DNA of 64,000 nucleotides from an uncultured virus (IMG/VR IMGVR_UViG_3300030109_003613) (Duplodnaviria; Heunggongvirae; Uroviricota; Caudoviricetes): IMG/VR virus record IMGVR_UViG_3300030109_003613; one strand, 5' to 3'. Position numbers and translations under genes: made by a program. Positions 41,201-50,400 of the stretch are shown in pieces (the first letter of the stretch is position 1; each line of letters starts with the position of its first letter). Under the pieces are notes generated by a model. It was given only the letters and a program-made list of their open reading frames with translations. It made no database searches and was not told the DNA's origin.

Positions 41201-41565
41201 AACTTAGGAATAGCATGTCTTATTTTTTCTCCTACAGGCTGATTCATAGCCCTTCTGTCATCTACAGTTTCATCTAAAACAGAAAAAGGCTCATCAATGT
41301 ATTTAGAATATTGATGATAATCAATAGGTACTTCTCTAGCTCCTGTTGGACCTCTTAATATATCAGCGGCATTAGAGCCTGTAGCAGACCCGCTTGGAGC
41401 ATCATATATTTGTCCTCCAAATCCAGTCATTTCAGGAATTGTAGATGGTTCAGGAATAGTAGATACTAGATTATTAGAATCTACTTCTTGAGCATCTCCT
41501 GGTAATATTAGATCTTGTTCATCTACTATACCACCATTAGATTTTTTTATTCGTTTTTTGTCCAT
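29245..41565 (-). CDS. Giant virion RNA polymerase polyprotein (crAss-type two-barrel RNAP) with zincin domain
   Basis: 4106 aa; GFRIPTEG...GSDYDIDKL catalytic DxDxD at 31486-31500; FDGGG, KYA, SAVKVG motifs; HEAFH zincin at 35527-35541 with downstream EWLAEEF. Confidence 0.9.
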   Translation of the reverse strand: MDKKRIKKSNGGIVDEQDLILPGDAQEVDSNNLVSTIPEPSTIPEMTGFGGQIYDAPSGSATGSNAADILRGPTGAREVPIDYHQYSKYIDEPFSVLDETVDDRRAMNQPVGEKIRHAIPKFGAGLFTNITGAIIGIPYGLSKMIQEGVDNGFDGSAAHKFFNNDFQRSLDGINEAMGEKFPHYYTQAENSAPLGKQLRSANFWTDQLQQGLSFMAGAVLTEFITAGTGKYLMGTRLAATATNKIKNIAALRNAQYTQTAVSGAQKLKQLDRFNLLAKGATGARRMLTGAFYEAGVEARHNFDETIDSLIRKHTEITGEAPNQDDLKEIEEIATATSNGVFAMNTALVGYSNMLVFKNIYGVGMRNAKQNFAKGFWKNIKKDAGKFIPKYKDFSNLRNFGAWAWTLGKTGLYEGFVEEGGQNVLRHAGIDAAEDYYLDGKNPTSLEGVGGVLNNSWDNMANAYGSVEGQKEIFMGFLLGSMGLPTGIRTNKKTGKREWGLGWTGGIKDQVISFKQKRKNLDLLAGYMNENPDAISAIKGNFDMLVDQKNAANKRDFAIATDNDFSYKNADHDAFFSYIFHRLQGGYYADALQSIEDIRSMDNESFAHMFGYDNQIKDMTESEKDAFLNERKDKVADSHAKRANDIKNLYDNTSNLDISDNARKMLVHAYSSAKDKDAREDLLIRAVEEITGASMTEVDDRGYNDSKSNEEVKKGAQNFATKTLSWIKKKMGREAADVVENSKPAQTLKRKLGIKEFNKPGDVLSVYAEMLTKKEELEKLGEYYAANNMESEFNDIVEQLESLNKEIVALQKGFKKGIEPDLSSEERQLLDDYRKKDPSGYEQNKEGLIQKLQDLRRIRAARHQALNLVQQLVDKNAEKDLFQRIEKVISDKARTAELENMSELQKSNARKHRGKMIEVEYTDEKGKKRKTRAFYKENSNKGIVLMPDPETFKLIKELELIGDPKTLKDRERKEAIEKELANKVTEYTTKSPDWLENADNITNLSNEDLQLEKIKSVIDVLNENYAQKLKQSLDDSYELGFKLMEISEQLLEVTKAIQNQQSKQGNLVVNLSKIGGQVNASLASALQKHKDLQKEEARLQTELQSYERDYKTLEDNSLKMQVIHALMSDPKILEDITNTPGSINNARELIYQFLGLDNEISLYEDLANKGYFNKYDLKELVTKKDDSGKTIIDADILQELINKVRRGNDVTEYLDLINNDLAEFKTQLNKLKELKKITEDSIKWLDGIRAGISEDIYKNDYNKAVEDLENINLRIKNISSVVDTLSKETAQALKDTAKSVEEDLVEFNRSYELQRQIEDSLSAYEQWLSEITSDPKEEVQEDGKDVETSTSTTVVSELYEEDQKRSPSLTEVPFLKTAGSHAEALRVKRELDQRRLEKKLSKAEEMQYEHVMAQLRFFKASENLDNWDKSTGAKLMVVTRYNIPEELKDKIIFFDLNAKKNQYRYEKDLTENKDRNEEKEDIKLVLVDKNLNPILIDGNIAYTNMPSSQVYDANNQYRFGSYKDGVHPDFTDEGTLKPEVENVIDNHIKNRQEVLKLAKPAYYYISGKGKGYPIWENNNPDSRGTILGRLVLDSEDLKNIDIKVALSNIVQLSGNEYSAIPGHTYVSHKGNMVPIKLDQLSAGQANNIYNVIRLFSQGQTDIGGKSMTGILKDIVYFGKMAKNRKLQGFSLYIQNDAFYFGNQGKNITIDQLNNPNENTDINEEFKAFLQTLSYNVHSRHLQADTDARNKARAEKNRLIKEAKKEGNKEKLQAALNININDLIEYTPHVEVRVSDDLQVETITWDNYTQFLVDQNSPNGTKRDLADIPAKVNMNLDYSKSENVQQSEVPQYNNIYITHEGVLTPAASVIRGEENQQDAQDNEIDNASDPKTATGEEIELEKIDLTDKKDIEKEDRVKKLGFTEVETNLDDINDEEDIFFLADSITPTSDVDIDSELEWFNNNMPKDENGNPLFTISFIKGLIDNKGLGKFLGEGKILISDVLTTSGVVYHEAFHGITRSVLSQEDRFKLYDEARSMKGKIRTYKGEVKKMSELTDKEADEWLAEEFRSYVLANGNYTVGKDIKKSFIDRIFDFINNILNYFVNNESQAQRLFENINTGYFSDPVNNITVYRTEDEAYMEERTLKASFINDAMEGMTANLFNKAAEKGNFELEDFFNLTDGSITNKILNLYGTTALEPGSIIRSLVSNTNTHIKQLESKKAQAVSESNINFYENEIAKIKKNRQTILDSWEELQTEHHKYLKQKFKIQIEEVDLDQDEAYNTPEYEIDPNKYLSNPLRLLISTLPKSELSRTDRKQKFTYNKSGFAKLVDFGNTMSYLYKNLSNTHPNNLLAKLEYLSTERPELSILRKRLGITNKDFSGLTVPQMNMVIKLLIQFDQSANTFWTQMIDRESGRYLVDSNSNRVERLITDAWKSNFRDNINIDKLGKIENGKLVVDPNKKIKADGRTRTIKEWGNTPKTAIATLEILSKLGIRFSDNVYFMSEYKNDSSVRNASSWIIKEVSRTPIDDLYKGDIQANLKTLLNLEKNITNFAIDLQHRNAEGKTVHGVNLKTAIDVLVTDLNSNPNRVIELLSRYNLANSTWLQKLSGQRNKLEVHILEGVSQKDGKSKLLSRGLPSDIAVMHINSILKEGIVPIIATSDKKTPYGIKIEEPSLNIPFDGMILRMQGYLFDEIKTANLFNTTKSSKLHRIKNYKDQGGRLRYFKNFKSIPEQKLRRPLEDNEILEIIQSKEVQNELREMLSSIIEGIKSDLINLNVVRQGKNNFINVGIDLGVLSKLKKGQDVSSEGTMSIKTFNKLAEQLAIEHTTGIIEQSKVLFGDLALYKDDIFKRSSGIVGTKKYPTNNRNILSWMNENMPNLMLTKEHSDKIRTVTRKGINVDAQYLDDYVDVLSILNPSLVPLIQNVYTNMEEFDGGGFIHLDTYRSLLFRTGQWADKQEKAYLKVLNNEELSAEDFAAFPPLKPQAFSNFTVDNIELKTFHKYALFPLIPQIMPGDTYQKIHDDMTTNNVDYMVFDSAVKVGAVMENSQGFDPFYEKRGDFNDYKPMSLDENNEPLALQELDFSSVGIQLDIAPKAKYEVPIGTQSNVLISLNIFDNGQLNDKYKDTPLESEINEFQKLNSVMIERDLTNLAKELGLEKTAEGYKLKNNSAKAFSEVVLNELNKRDLPLHTKRGIELLFKQDSKFINKLFEKNKIETILYALVTNSVIKRKMPGDMMTLQANTGMETMKALKQNDFAKAKELGIDLQGTNLKPLKFYRPNKDGTLAMQVYVPHRFKEIQGENINVNDPLLDKKLLELIGFRIPTEGLNSIDFIEIAGYLPPSMGSVVIVPSEIVGKAGSDYDIDKLIMYYPNYVFNDDTQALNKVPYLTEENSTAEERLSIMKEQEPSTYEDMSLSEFSKLSIEEQNTKKALQNRYQDIMRNVLKHPLNFDQLITPVGAYDLSGIANEISQLRNQRGKIKTKSKEFNDILSLGNLVNQSYRMWSGLGGVGVVATSATQHSKAQRAGIAWNPDKVDINFQNSQFLSLSNVNDIANRRSISSVIGQYVTGYVDVTKEDFVFDINAGFDYAPIHMLLIRSGVPLESVLYFMSQPIIDDYVKLKETTSGFSLQYSKTKAYKSQTAIINDLKRMYGKPSDTEFSEDLLRNMIGKNLEDLNPMERGIQSRILDDFIRYEGYSKELLLLQEGTKFDTSRLRNSMSVKHTQASLKRVYENDMIENIDNLIYDNNQKFQMMKALKMAFDEAPKMFSDIDIKHKYDHIRRFMDQKMYELTNPKLFIPQEQAIYIMEKFDSFLSSVIAQTTPINDVKLNEKISALFQGDNSLPNQVARAQRSLNLSDNLLIKELYPILQTTKDAKDPNFTIDSLKLFNKKLQSYDIDLLSDAYYELKEINPKLAKDLVEFSLLQSGFNYSPIAFFQVLPSTEVLNIIGPYFDANPITNLNMNNAWHEFHQNSWNDSKIVPRLSYKGANKELTTNRAGTDYIAVSEITGTETIGNITKNIYDTKLFMKSEDLLNSQGSSLYIQIPKKGNGMYLQEINTPSILASNISKIDKKSVSLQSDQGNQAVENVYKNNIESEKNRILEDKDNCKPGKK

Positions 41566-41575
41566 AAACAGGTTT

Positions 41576-44116
41576 TTAATTGCTAAATATTCCTCCAGTT
41601 AATGTGGAAAGTTCAGCTGCTCTTATTGATTTTAACATTGCTTCAGCTTGGTCTGGGTAAGCACTCATAAATGCTTGTATTCCCGTTTCATTAATCTGAC
41701 CATCTATTACCATTGGAACAAATTTACCAGGTTCATATTGAAAATAAGGCTCATTTGTTTGAGGATGCATTGTAAATAATCCTGCATATCTAGGATCAAT
41801 ACTCATTCCCTGACTCATAGGATCACTAAAAAGTAATTTATCAGCAAATAAAGCTTTTTCTAATTGGTCTACTTTTTGTTTAACTAAATCACTATTTCTA
41901 GGATCTCCTCCCATATAAGCAATCTCCATCACTGCTTTTCTTGTTAGGTAATCATTTACCGTAGGTTCTCTATTTTCTAATATTCTAATGTTCTGTATAT
42001 CTCTTCTTAAAACTTCTTCTCCTTTCATTTTAGGGCCTAAAGTTTGAGTTATATTGTCTAACCATGCTGGTGTACCATCGATATTTCCTCTTACTAATCT
42101 ATCTCCGTTAGCGCCTTCAGGAAGCATAACTAGCTTGCTATCATCTCCAATTCTAACCTCCATCATAAAAGGAGTATTAGTTAATGGATCTGCAGGATAT
42201 GTAGCAACTACAGTTGCATCTTCATACCATGCTCTATCATTACCTTTTATAATTTCTCCTTTAGAATCTTTTTTAGCTATCCACTCTTTAAATGATTTAC
42301 TACTTGTAGGATGCCCGTATACAACTATATCTTTTTGAGGATCTAATTTTTGAAGAGCAAAATCTAATTGTTTTTGATTTTCTCTTCCTGTCTTATCCCC
42401 ACTTGTTGTAACTCCTTCTCTATCTAAACTCATTCCTTTTTCACCTATTTCTTTATAAACTTGATCTCCTATTACATTTCGTTTATTTCCATTTGCATCA
42501 TTAGGATTTACCATCCAGTTATATATAGAATGTGCACCTTTATTTAATCTTTCATAATCATCTTGCGTATAATTTGTTCCAAGAGTTTTATTTAAGTGTG
42601 CTAGTTTTTTCTCACTAAATCCATCATCTCCTCCAAACAACTCATCATTAAGTTGTTCTGATTCAGTATCTACTATAGAATTGTATATCTTTTCCCAATT
42701 ACCAGCATTAAATCCATCATATCTATTTTTTCTAACATTGTCATAATCATTTATATCTTCAAGTAAATCTTCTGCTCCTCCATAGAATGCTGCCGTAAGT
42801 CCACCTCCTATTGCTCCAAGAAGTCCCATACCTATACCTCCTGCTACTGTTCCTACTCCAGGCATAACTACTGTACCTCCTTTCATACCCCACAAACCGC
42901 CTACAGTACCTCCAGTTATCATGCCCTGCCACATTCTAGCAACAAGACCTCGTTTTATATATTTTTCTCCTTCTTCTTCTCTACCTACATCTTGTAATTC
43001 TTGAGTATGTGCAAATTTAGCGTCTGGACTTACTAATAAGTTTACTAATTCAGCAAACTTTTCATCTCCTGGTTGATTTAAAACATTTTGTATAGCTTCC
43101 CACTCTTGATATAATGCAGGATCATTATTTTCTTTAGCTGCCTTTTTAATAGTATTTTCTATTAGTTGTTGATGCAATTGTATTTGTTGTTGAATTGCTG
43201 GATCATCTTGATTTTCAGTAGACTTAAGTAACATTAAATTATTAAGTGAAGTCATTACAGGTTCAGTAGTTTCTGAAGCAAGTGCATTACTTTGAGTTCC
43301 ACTGCTTGTTGTTCCAGGTACAACACCCGGTACTCCCGTACCTCCTGTTCCAGTTACTTTACTATATTCATATTGACGTGTTAAACTTCTAATACGATTT
43401 AATATATCTTTTTTAGCTAGTTGCATTCTTTCACCCTCTTCAACATTTTGAGGAAGTTCTAATTGCATAAGACGTTTCATATCTTGAATTCCTGCATTAG
43501 TTGTTATATATTGATTATATAATAACGAGGCAATTCTATCTGTTTTAGCTCTACTAATACCTTCTGCTCCACCGTATTGATCAGGTTTTATAGTAACTAG
43601 TAAATCACGCATTTCTTTATCATAATCAAGCATTAATTCACTCATAGGCTCATAAACATCAGCAACAAAAGATTCTTTATCCGTATCATAATAATACGAT
43701 GAATGACTTTTTGCAGCATCTTGACCAAAATCTAATACCTGATTTCCTTGCATACGTTGCTCTTTTATAAAGTTCAACTCTAATTGTCTATTAGCCATTG
43801 ATTGTTTTGCAGAATATAAACCTTTATGACCATCAACCCATGAAGCAGCGTCTTGTACAATAAGACCAGAGTCTTCATAGTTACCTTGCTCTACTACAGA
43901 GCCAAGCATACCTCTAACATTCTTTTTTACATCTTCTAAAATAACCTGGTCTCCAGGCATAACTTCCATAGTATTTAAAGTTCTATCTATTAAGTCTTTA
44001 CCTGCTTTGTTTTTTTCAAATCTTTGTCTAAGTATTTGATTTACTTGTACCGATTGTGGATCTACATAATCACTTACAAAAGGTGTTATTTGATATTTAC
44101 TATATTTATTTGCCAT
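41576..44116 (-). CDS. Virion cargo/ejection protein with Gly-zipper hydrophobic segment
   Basis: 846 aa; GGTVGGLWG...GTVAGGIGMGLLGAIGGGLTAAFYGG; position upstream of vRNAP as in crAss-like cargo genes. Confidence 0.65.
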   Translation of the reverse strand: MANKYSKYQITPFVSDYVDPQSVQVNQILRQRFEKNKAGKDLIDRTLNTMEVMPGDQVILEDVKKNVRGMLGSVVEQGNYEDSGLIVQDAASWVDGHKGLYSAKQSMANRQLELNFIKEQRMQGNQVLDFGQDAAKSHSSYYYDTDKESFVADVYEPMSELMLDYDKEMRDLLVTIKPDQYGGAEGISRAKTDRIASLLYNQYITTNAGIQDMKRLMQLELPQNVEEGERMQLAKKDILNRIRSLTRQYEYSKVTGTGGTGVPGVVPGTTSSGTQSNALASETTEPVMTSLNNLMLLKSTENQDDPAIQQQIQLHQQLIENTIKKAAKENNDPALYQEWEAIQNVLNQPGDEKFAELVNLLVSPDAKFAHTQELQDVGREEEGEKYIKRGLVARMWQGMITGGTVGGLWGMKGGTVVMPGVGTVAGGIGMGLLGAIGGGLTAAFYGGAEDLLEDINDYDNVRKNRYDGFNAGNWEKIYNSIVDTESEQLNDELFGGDDGFSEKKLAHLNKTLGTNYTQDDYERLNKGAHSIYNWMVNPNDANGNKRNVIGDQVYKEIGEKGMSLDREGVTTSGDKTGRENQKQLDFALQKLDPQKDIVVYGHPTSSKSFKEWIAKKDSKGEIIKGNDRAWYEDATVVATYPADPLTNTPFMMEVRIGDDSKLVMLPEGANGDRLVRGNIDGTPAWLDNITQTLGPKMKGEEVLRRDIQNIRILENREPTVNDYLTRKAVMEIAYMGGDPRNSDLVKQKVDQLEKALFADKLLFSDPMSQGMSIDPRYAGLFTMHPQTNEPYFQYEPGKFVPMVIDGQINETGIQAFMSAYPDQAEAMLKSIRAAELSTLTGGIFSN

Positions 44117-46124
44117 ATCTCATCATTTTACTATAATACCCTCCTGTTTTTGATTCTTTAGGATTTTCTTCTCCTGGTTGACCAGCCCCATAAGTATAAT
44201 TTAAATTAATATTTGCATTAGGAGGTGTATTATATGCAGGAGTTTCTGGCATTTTAATTCTATAGTGTTTATTAAAGTTTTCCATTTCAGATAAGTATTC
44301 TGGAGAGTTTAATTCATAGCCTTGATCTAATAAATTTTGAGAATACACATCTGCTTCATATGCACCTGTTCTACCAGAAATAGTCCTAGCTAATCTTTCT
44401 CCTGACGCATACATTTTATCATCATTTCTCATTTGCATATAACCTTTAACAGCAGTATCCACAGCCATTAAACGTCTATCTTTAGTTGCTGCATCAGCCG
44501 CTGCATTAAATTCATTTACATACATCTTATTTCTAACATTAGCTGTATCTGATCTTTCAATAGAAGAGGCATTATATAAAGATGCTTTTAACGCATTAGC
44601 TGCATTTGTTGATCTTCTATTTGCCTCTAAAGAAGCTTCTTGATTTGCTATAGCTGTATTTGCTCTAGTTTCATTGGCTTTAATTTGTGAATCAGCTGAT
44701 TTCTTTTTAGCAAACATTGCCATCTTATTAATAATATTAGCAGGTCCTCCTCCAGACGTTTCAACAAATTTATTAAAAGCCTGCGCATCGGCTGTATTTC
44801 TAGCTAACTGATCATTATAATCAACTCTATCTAAATTTACTTTAGCTACTCTTTCTGGAACAACAACTCCAGGTTTAATTAAATCTGGTGTGCTCATATA
44901 ATCAGGCTTTTCTGTAAAAGCCATAATTGGAGGTATAAATTGTAATAATGGTCCTAAGTCTCTTTTCTTTTTTGACGGAATTAATGGTCGCATATCATCT
45001 CCTTCTCCTTCTCCTTCCCCACTTGTAGTAGCACCAGGCATAACAGATCCTCTACTCCACGTATACTCTCCATATTTTGCATCTAAACCTCTTGGTCCTT
45101 CTCCAGAAAATCCTTGAGTTGCAATATACTTATCTAAATCATATCCTTGTTCCGTCATTGCATTTCTAAAATTTTCATCTTCATTCCATCTTTTCTTAAG
45201 ACTTTCATTATATTTATTTTGAAATTCTCCAGTATGTTCTGCCGGATCAAAATCTTCCCAGCTTTCAATACCCATTTCATTTAATACATTTTTATTTCTA
45301 TTATAAAAATCTTCTCTGTCTGCATCACTAACCTCTCCATAATATCCTTGACCTTTACCTTTTTGAGTTTGAGCAATACCTTCTTCTCCTAAATCATCAG
45401 CTCTATACGATGCTTGTGATCCTTCAACTGTAGGGTCGTATTGAAGATCTACAAGACCTTGATCTTTATAAATACTTTCAATAGCATCATAATCTTCAGG
45501 ATAAGCTTGGAATGTACCCCCATTATCATACATTTTATATCCACCATGTCTTTTATTATTTACATGATCTATTAAATCAGCTATTCGTACAGACTGGCTT
45601 TTATGCATTTTTGATGCTTTTACAAGCTCTTTAGATATATCATTTAATTCTGTTGTAGGTTTCATTCCACCTTCCTTAACTTGTATTGTATTTGGATTTC
45701 TACCTGCAGCTATTTCTTGCATTTTAGCTAAATAATCAATTTTATTTTGCTCACCGCCATTAGCTAATATTTGTCTGTGGGCATCAGCAAAAGTACCTCC
45801 ACCTTTAAATTTTAAATGATCTGAAAAGAAATAATCTTTTTTAACACCACCCTTTTTATATGCAGCACTTACTTGATCCATAGTTTCTCCTCCTTCAACT
45901 TCAGTATTTTTATCTAATAATATTCCTCCCTGCTCGTGAGATTGTCCTACAAATTCTACAGCGTCACTTCCTGGTATTGGAACCATTGATCCTCCTGGTA
46001 ATTTTTTACCTCCCATATTATATTGCATCATTTTGTCCATATAACCTCCATCTCCCATTGTTATAGTGCTATCCTTTTTAGTTTGTAGTCTGTTAATTAA
46101 TTTGTTTAAAAGTTTGTTTGCCAT
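44106..46124 (-). CDS. Internal virion/cargo protein
   Basis: 672 aa; GQSHEQGGI...EVEGGE...FSD motif seen in crAss-like structural proteins; A/N/Q-rich coiled C-terminal half; many xxGG motifs. Confidence 0.65.
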   Translation of the reverse strand: MANKLLNKLINRLQTKKDSTITMGDGGYMDKMMQYNMGGKKLPGGSMVPIPGSDAVEFVGQSHEQGGILLDKNTEVEGGETMDQVSAAYKKGGVKKDYFFSDHLKFKGGGTFADAHRQILANGGEQNKIDYLAKMQEIAAGRNPNTIQVKEGGMKPTTELNDISKELVKASKMHKSQSVRIADLIDHVNNKRHGGYKMYDNGGTFQAYPEDYDAIESIYKDQGLVDLQYDPTVEGSQASYRADDLGEEGIAQTQKGKGQGYYGEVSDADREDFYNRNKNVLNEMGIESWEDFDPAEHTGEFQNKYNESLKKRWNEDENFRNAMTEQGYDLDKYIATQGFSGEGPRGLDAKYGEYTWSRGSVMPGATTSGEGEGEGDDMRPLIPSKKKRDLGPLLQFIPPIMAFTEKPDYMSTPDLIKPGVVVPERVAKVNLDRVDYNDQLARNTADAQAFNKFVETSGGGPANIINKMAMFAKKKSADSQIKANETRANTAIANQEASLEANRRSTNAANALKASLYNASSIERSDTANVRNKMYVNEFNAAADAATKDRRLMAVDTAVKGYMQMRNDDKMYASGERLARTISGRTGAYEADVYSQNLLDQGYELNSPEYLSEMENFNKHYRIKMPETPAYNTPPNANINLNYTYGAGQPGEENPKESKTGGYYSKMMRYGK

Positions 46125-46135
46125 AATTTTATATT

Positions 46136-47476
46136 TTAATAGTATGACGGCATTTTATACCCTCCTTTTCGAGCAGTTATATTTCTACCTAAATCATATC
46201 CTGAATATGTTTTTTGTTTAAGTTCTCCAGCTTTAGCTCTTGCAATATTACTAAGAACGTTTTCTGTCATCTCTTCATTAAATTCTGTAACTTTTTTATT
46301 TCTTTCTTCTTGTTGCTGTCTTTCTTGCTTTCTTGCTTTTCCTCTTTGGAATAAGCCTTTACCTAATCCATAAAGACCTCCAATTATTCCTCCTGCTATA
46401 TTACCTATACCAGGAATAACACTACCTAAAGCCATACCTGTTCCAGCACCAGATAGCATACCACCTGCTGTTTCACCTACATTCATTGTTGTAGCATCAT
46501 CATCATCTGACAATCTTGATATACCTGATCCTAAAAGACTAGCACCTAAGCCAATACCAGCACCAGATGTAGCAAAAGATTTTAATCCTGCTCCTACTGC
46601 ACTACCAGTCTGACCGGCTACAGTACCTCCTGCTTTAGTTACCTTTGCTCCTACCTTAGCAGCCTTTGCTGCTGCTTTAGCTGCTTTAGCTGTTTTACCT
46701 AACTCTGCAAATTTTTGTGATTTAGCTGCTAAATTAGCTGCTCTTACTGCTCTACCTGCAGTTATTGCTTGTTTTAATGCTCCTGCTTCTTTTATATCTG
46801 GGCCTGCTGGAGTAGGTGACGTTGGAGTTATTCCTACATTACTAGCTTCGTATAGTGGAGGTTGAGTAACAGCAAACTGAGAAGCTTGATCTGCACCTGC
46901 TCCAAAAGATTGAGTCCAATCCATGCCTCCTGCAGGAAGATCTATAACTTGACCTTGAGGAAGTAAACTTTCAGTAACAGACTCAGCTGCTTGTGTTCCG
47001 GCTGCCCCTACTGCAACATCTGTTCTACTTATATCTCCTAATTTATCTTTAAGTTTTCCAGCTTTCTTTTCTAATCTATCAGCTCGTCTAGTTTTCATTC
47101 TATCAAAAAAGCCTGTTTCTCCTGCCAGTTCTGCTGCTGTTTGAGCCATACTTTCTCCTGCCGCAAATTCAGATTGTATGTCTGCTTGACTTTGTAAAAG
47201 ATCTTGCTCTTGTTTATTTTTAAGATTCTCCATTTCAGTAGACATATCTTCACCTTTTTGTGAAGCTGTTTCTAATTGAGCTTCAAGAGCCTGTTCTCTC
47301 TGCGCTTGAATTTCTGGATTGGCTTCATCATAAACAATATTAGCTGTTTGGCCCATACCCTGTCCTGCAGCTGCTACTGTATTAGGTGCGTACATTCCAG
47401 CTGTTTCATATTTTTTTATTCTTCCTCCTAAATTATATTTACTTTTTATATACTTTTTCTTTTTTGATTTTTTCAT
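46136..47476 (-). CDS. Ala/Gly-rich cargo/ejection protein (Gly-zipper membrane segments)
   Basis: 446 aa; GAGTGMALGSVIPGIGNIAGGIIGGLYG followed by a coiled coil. Confidence 0.65.
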   Translation of the reverse strand: MKKSKKKKYIKSKYNLGGRIKKYETAGMYAPNTVAAAGQGMGQTANIVYDEANPEIQAQREQALEAQLETASQKGEDMSTEMENLKNKQEQDLLQSQADIQSEFAAGESMAQTAAELAGETGFFDRMKTRRADRLEKKAGKLKDKLGDISRTDVAVGAAGTQAAESVTESLLPQGQVIDLPAGGMDWTQSFGAGADQASQFAVTQPPLYEASNVGITPTSPTPAGPDIKEAGALKQAITAGRAVRAANLAAKSQKFAELGKTAKAAKAAAKAAKVGAKVTKAGGTVAGQTGSAVGAGLKSFATSGAGIGLGASLLGSGISRLSDDDDATTMNVGETAGGMLSGAGTGMALGSVIPGIGNIAGGIIGGLYGLGKGLFQRGKARKQERQQQEERNKKVTEFNEEMTENVLSNIARAKAGELKQKTYSGYDLGRNITARKGGYKMPSYY

Positions 47477-50400
47477 TATCTGTAAAATTTACGCGTAGCT
47501 ACAGATGTAGCATACAAATTTAATAAATTATTTGATTCGTTGTTACAAATTAACCTAATTCCTATCCATTTATCTATAAATTTCTTACGTAAATCCCATC
47601 TTTTTGCTGAATCTACGTAATTATTATTCAAAGTTTCATACATCCCTGATACTAAGAATGGTATATTTGCATTTGCAGAACTGGTTTCTAAAGTTCCTAC
47701 GTTAGTTGGAAATGTAAATATAGGCGCCTGTCCTATAATATTATTTTGTGTAAAACCCCAATGGTCCCAACCAGCCACTGAAGCTTCTGCTGCTAATGAT
47801 GTTGGAGTATATCCAGGAACTCCGCCATGAGAACCAGCCTGTCCAAAGAAATATCCTGGAGATGTATCGTTTGTTGATAATGCAGCCATATCTCTAAACC
47901 TATTAAATTTCCATTCGTTATTAATACGTCTAGTATTTATTAAATATGTTAAATCATCATAAAACATTTGTAATGTATTATACATATAAATAGTATTCCA
48001 TCCATGTTCTATAATACTTGATCCTCCAGCATCACTATCATCCCAAGCTCTTCCTGTAAATGTATCTGAATAAAAAGAAAAACTTGAAAATAATTGATCT
48101 ATTTTAGTAGAATTATGTACAAATTCAAACTCAGTTGGATAATGAATTAGATTTGCTGGACTACCATTGACATCAAATGGTGTAAAAACATCCTGATATA
48201 AAATTCCTCTATAATCTCCATTATGTTTCCAAACACCTCCATTACCAAATAATGTTTGTGGGTTATCTCCTGGTGCTACATTAGGTCCTAAAACTCCAGT
48301 TTCATATAAATCTCCGTTTATATAATTATCCCAACTATCTGTAAAAGAATAAAAATCTATAGAAGTATCAAAATAGTGATATGGAATATAATCATGAAAA
48401 CTAATCCATACCATTAAATCTGGATAAAAAGAAATAGTCCATCCTGTTTTTGTAAAGTATGTTGAATCATTCCAATCTAAAGGTTTTTCAACAAGTGCAA
48501 CTATTTGACCAGCGTCACCACTTAAAGTAACAGTTGTAGCTATAACATAAACTCCCAGTTTTTCATCAAACCAAATATCTCCTGAAACTGGCGTATTAGG
48601 TTTTTTATTTTTAAAGTCAGATATAAATTTAGAACTTGGTTTTAAGTCTCTTTTTGTTAAAATAATACGTTTATGTTTTGGATCCCACGTAGAATGTAAT
48701 CCTATACCTCTAATAGGATTATCTAATAAATATCCTTTTAAACCATAATCTTCTAAAACAAATTTTAAATTATCTCTAAACCATTTTTTCATTCCTATAG
48801 CACTAATCTCTTGTAATGCATCTGCCATTAGGAAAACTTTTCTACTTAAAGCATCAACAAAGAAATACCCATTTCTAGTAGTTAAGGCTGCCCATTGAGA
48901 TTGAGTTCCCCCATAACCTCCTTCAGACTGTAACACTTCATCAGGTTCTTGTGCAAATATATCACCACTTCCAACAAAAGCTTCACTACCATCTTTCATT
49001 TCCATTTGTTGTTTACCTTTAGCAGCATATAAACTTTCCTCCATATGGAAATATAATAGATTATTAAAGGTTGATAATTTCCAAAGCTCTCCTCTATTTT
49101 TTGGTAAGTCTTTAAATTGATTTGCTAAAAATACTCTGTAGTTATCTATTAAACTTGTAGCATCATTTTTAGCACTTCTATGTGTACGAGTACTAAATTC
49201 AGTTTGATTAGTTAATCTTAAAGGTAAAGGAAAAGCCGGTCTTAAATCATTGTTTTCAGAATAGTTTGTATTATATTTTATATTATCTACGTGTGTAAAA
49301 TCATTACCAATTGTTTCATCTACTATTGGAGTTCCTGCATTTTTAAGTATTTCAAAAGCTGAAGCTCCAGGAAAATATAAACTTTTATCTGATTCAATAT
49401 GTCTTAAACTTATATTGTCTGTACTTTCAACTATAGCGCTATGAATAGCTTTTCTAGGATTAGAAAGTTCACCTGTATTACTAGGTTTTAAAGAAGCTGC
49501 GTGTGCATATCTACAGATAAATGTATCCCCTCCAAATATTCCTCGCTCATTAAGATCCATATCAAATATTTGTCCTTGCAACGTATCTAAACTAAAATCA
49601 GCAGATTGGTTATAACCTCCATGTATAACCGTCATAGGAGCACCTAGTCCTAAACCATTACCTGGTATATCATTAAAAATAAAATTATCCATATCATTTC
49701 CTAAAACCTCAAATCCAGTCCATACTAATTCATTACTATCAATAGATTTATATACATCACTTTTAAATGCATGTAAATTAATTAGATAAAATCCCATAGG
49801 ATCTGTATCATTTGTACTATCTGGTTTACCAGACCAATTATCAGCATCATCAAAATTTGTTCCAGGAAAATTCCAAGGATTTGTTAAAACTGCGTATGCT
49901 GCTGTATGAGGAAATCCATAAGAATCTGGATTACCTCCAAGATTAAAATTAGCTCCTTGTCCAAAGTTTCCAAACTCTGCTCCTGCAGTTATTGCGTCCT
50001 CATTAACTCTGTCATCTGACCATAAAGCGCGTAATTCATGACCATCTTTTAATCCAAGAGCCATACAACTTTCGCCAAACTCATTAAATAATTTCCCACC
50101 AAAGCCTAATGATTTACCTTTAAATACACTATCACCTAATAAATAAGTTTTTGCTTTTTGTCCTAATACTCTAGGATACTCATAAAAATCTGTTTTATAT
50201 TGGTAATTAAAATACCAACCTCCCATAGTTATTACAGATCTAATTCTTTCAGGATAGCAATTACGTTCAGCATCCCATCCCCATACTTCTCTTACATCTA
50301 TTGGTTCTGGATTATCGGCATCTTCCCAATCATCTGAATTAAAATTATCTAGTTTAATATTCATTTTCTTATCTTGTTGTAATGACATTCCATTCCAAAC

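Noticed and set aside
6597..41565. Introns or inteins in polA, helicases or vRNAP
   Set aside because: ORFs are uninterrupted and I saw no intein splice motifs or homing endonuclease genes.
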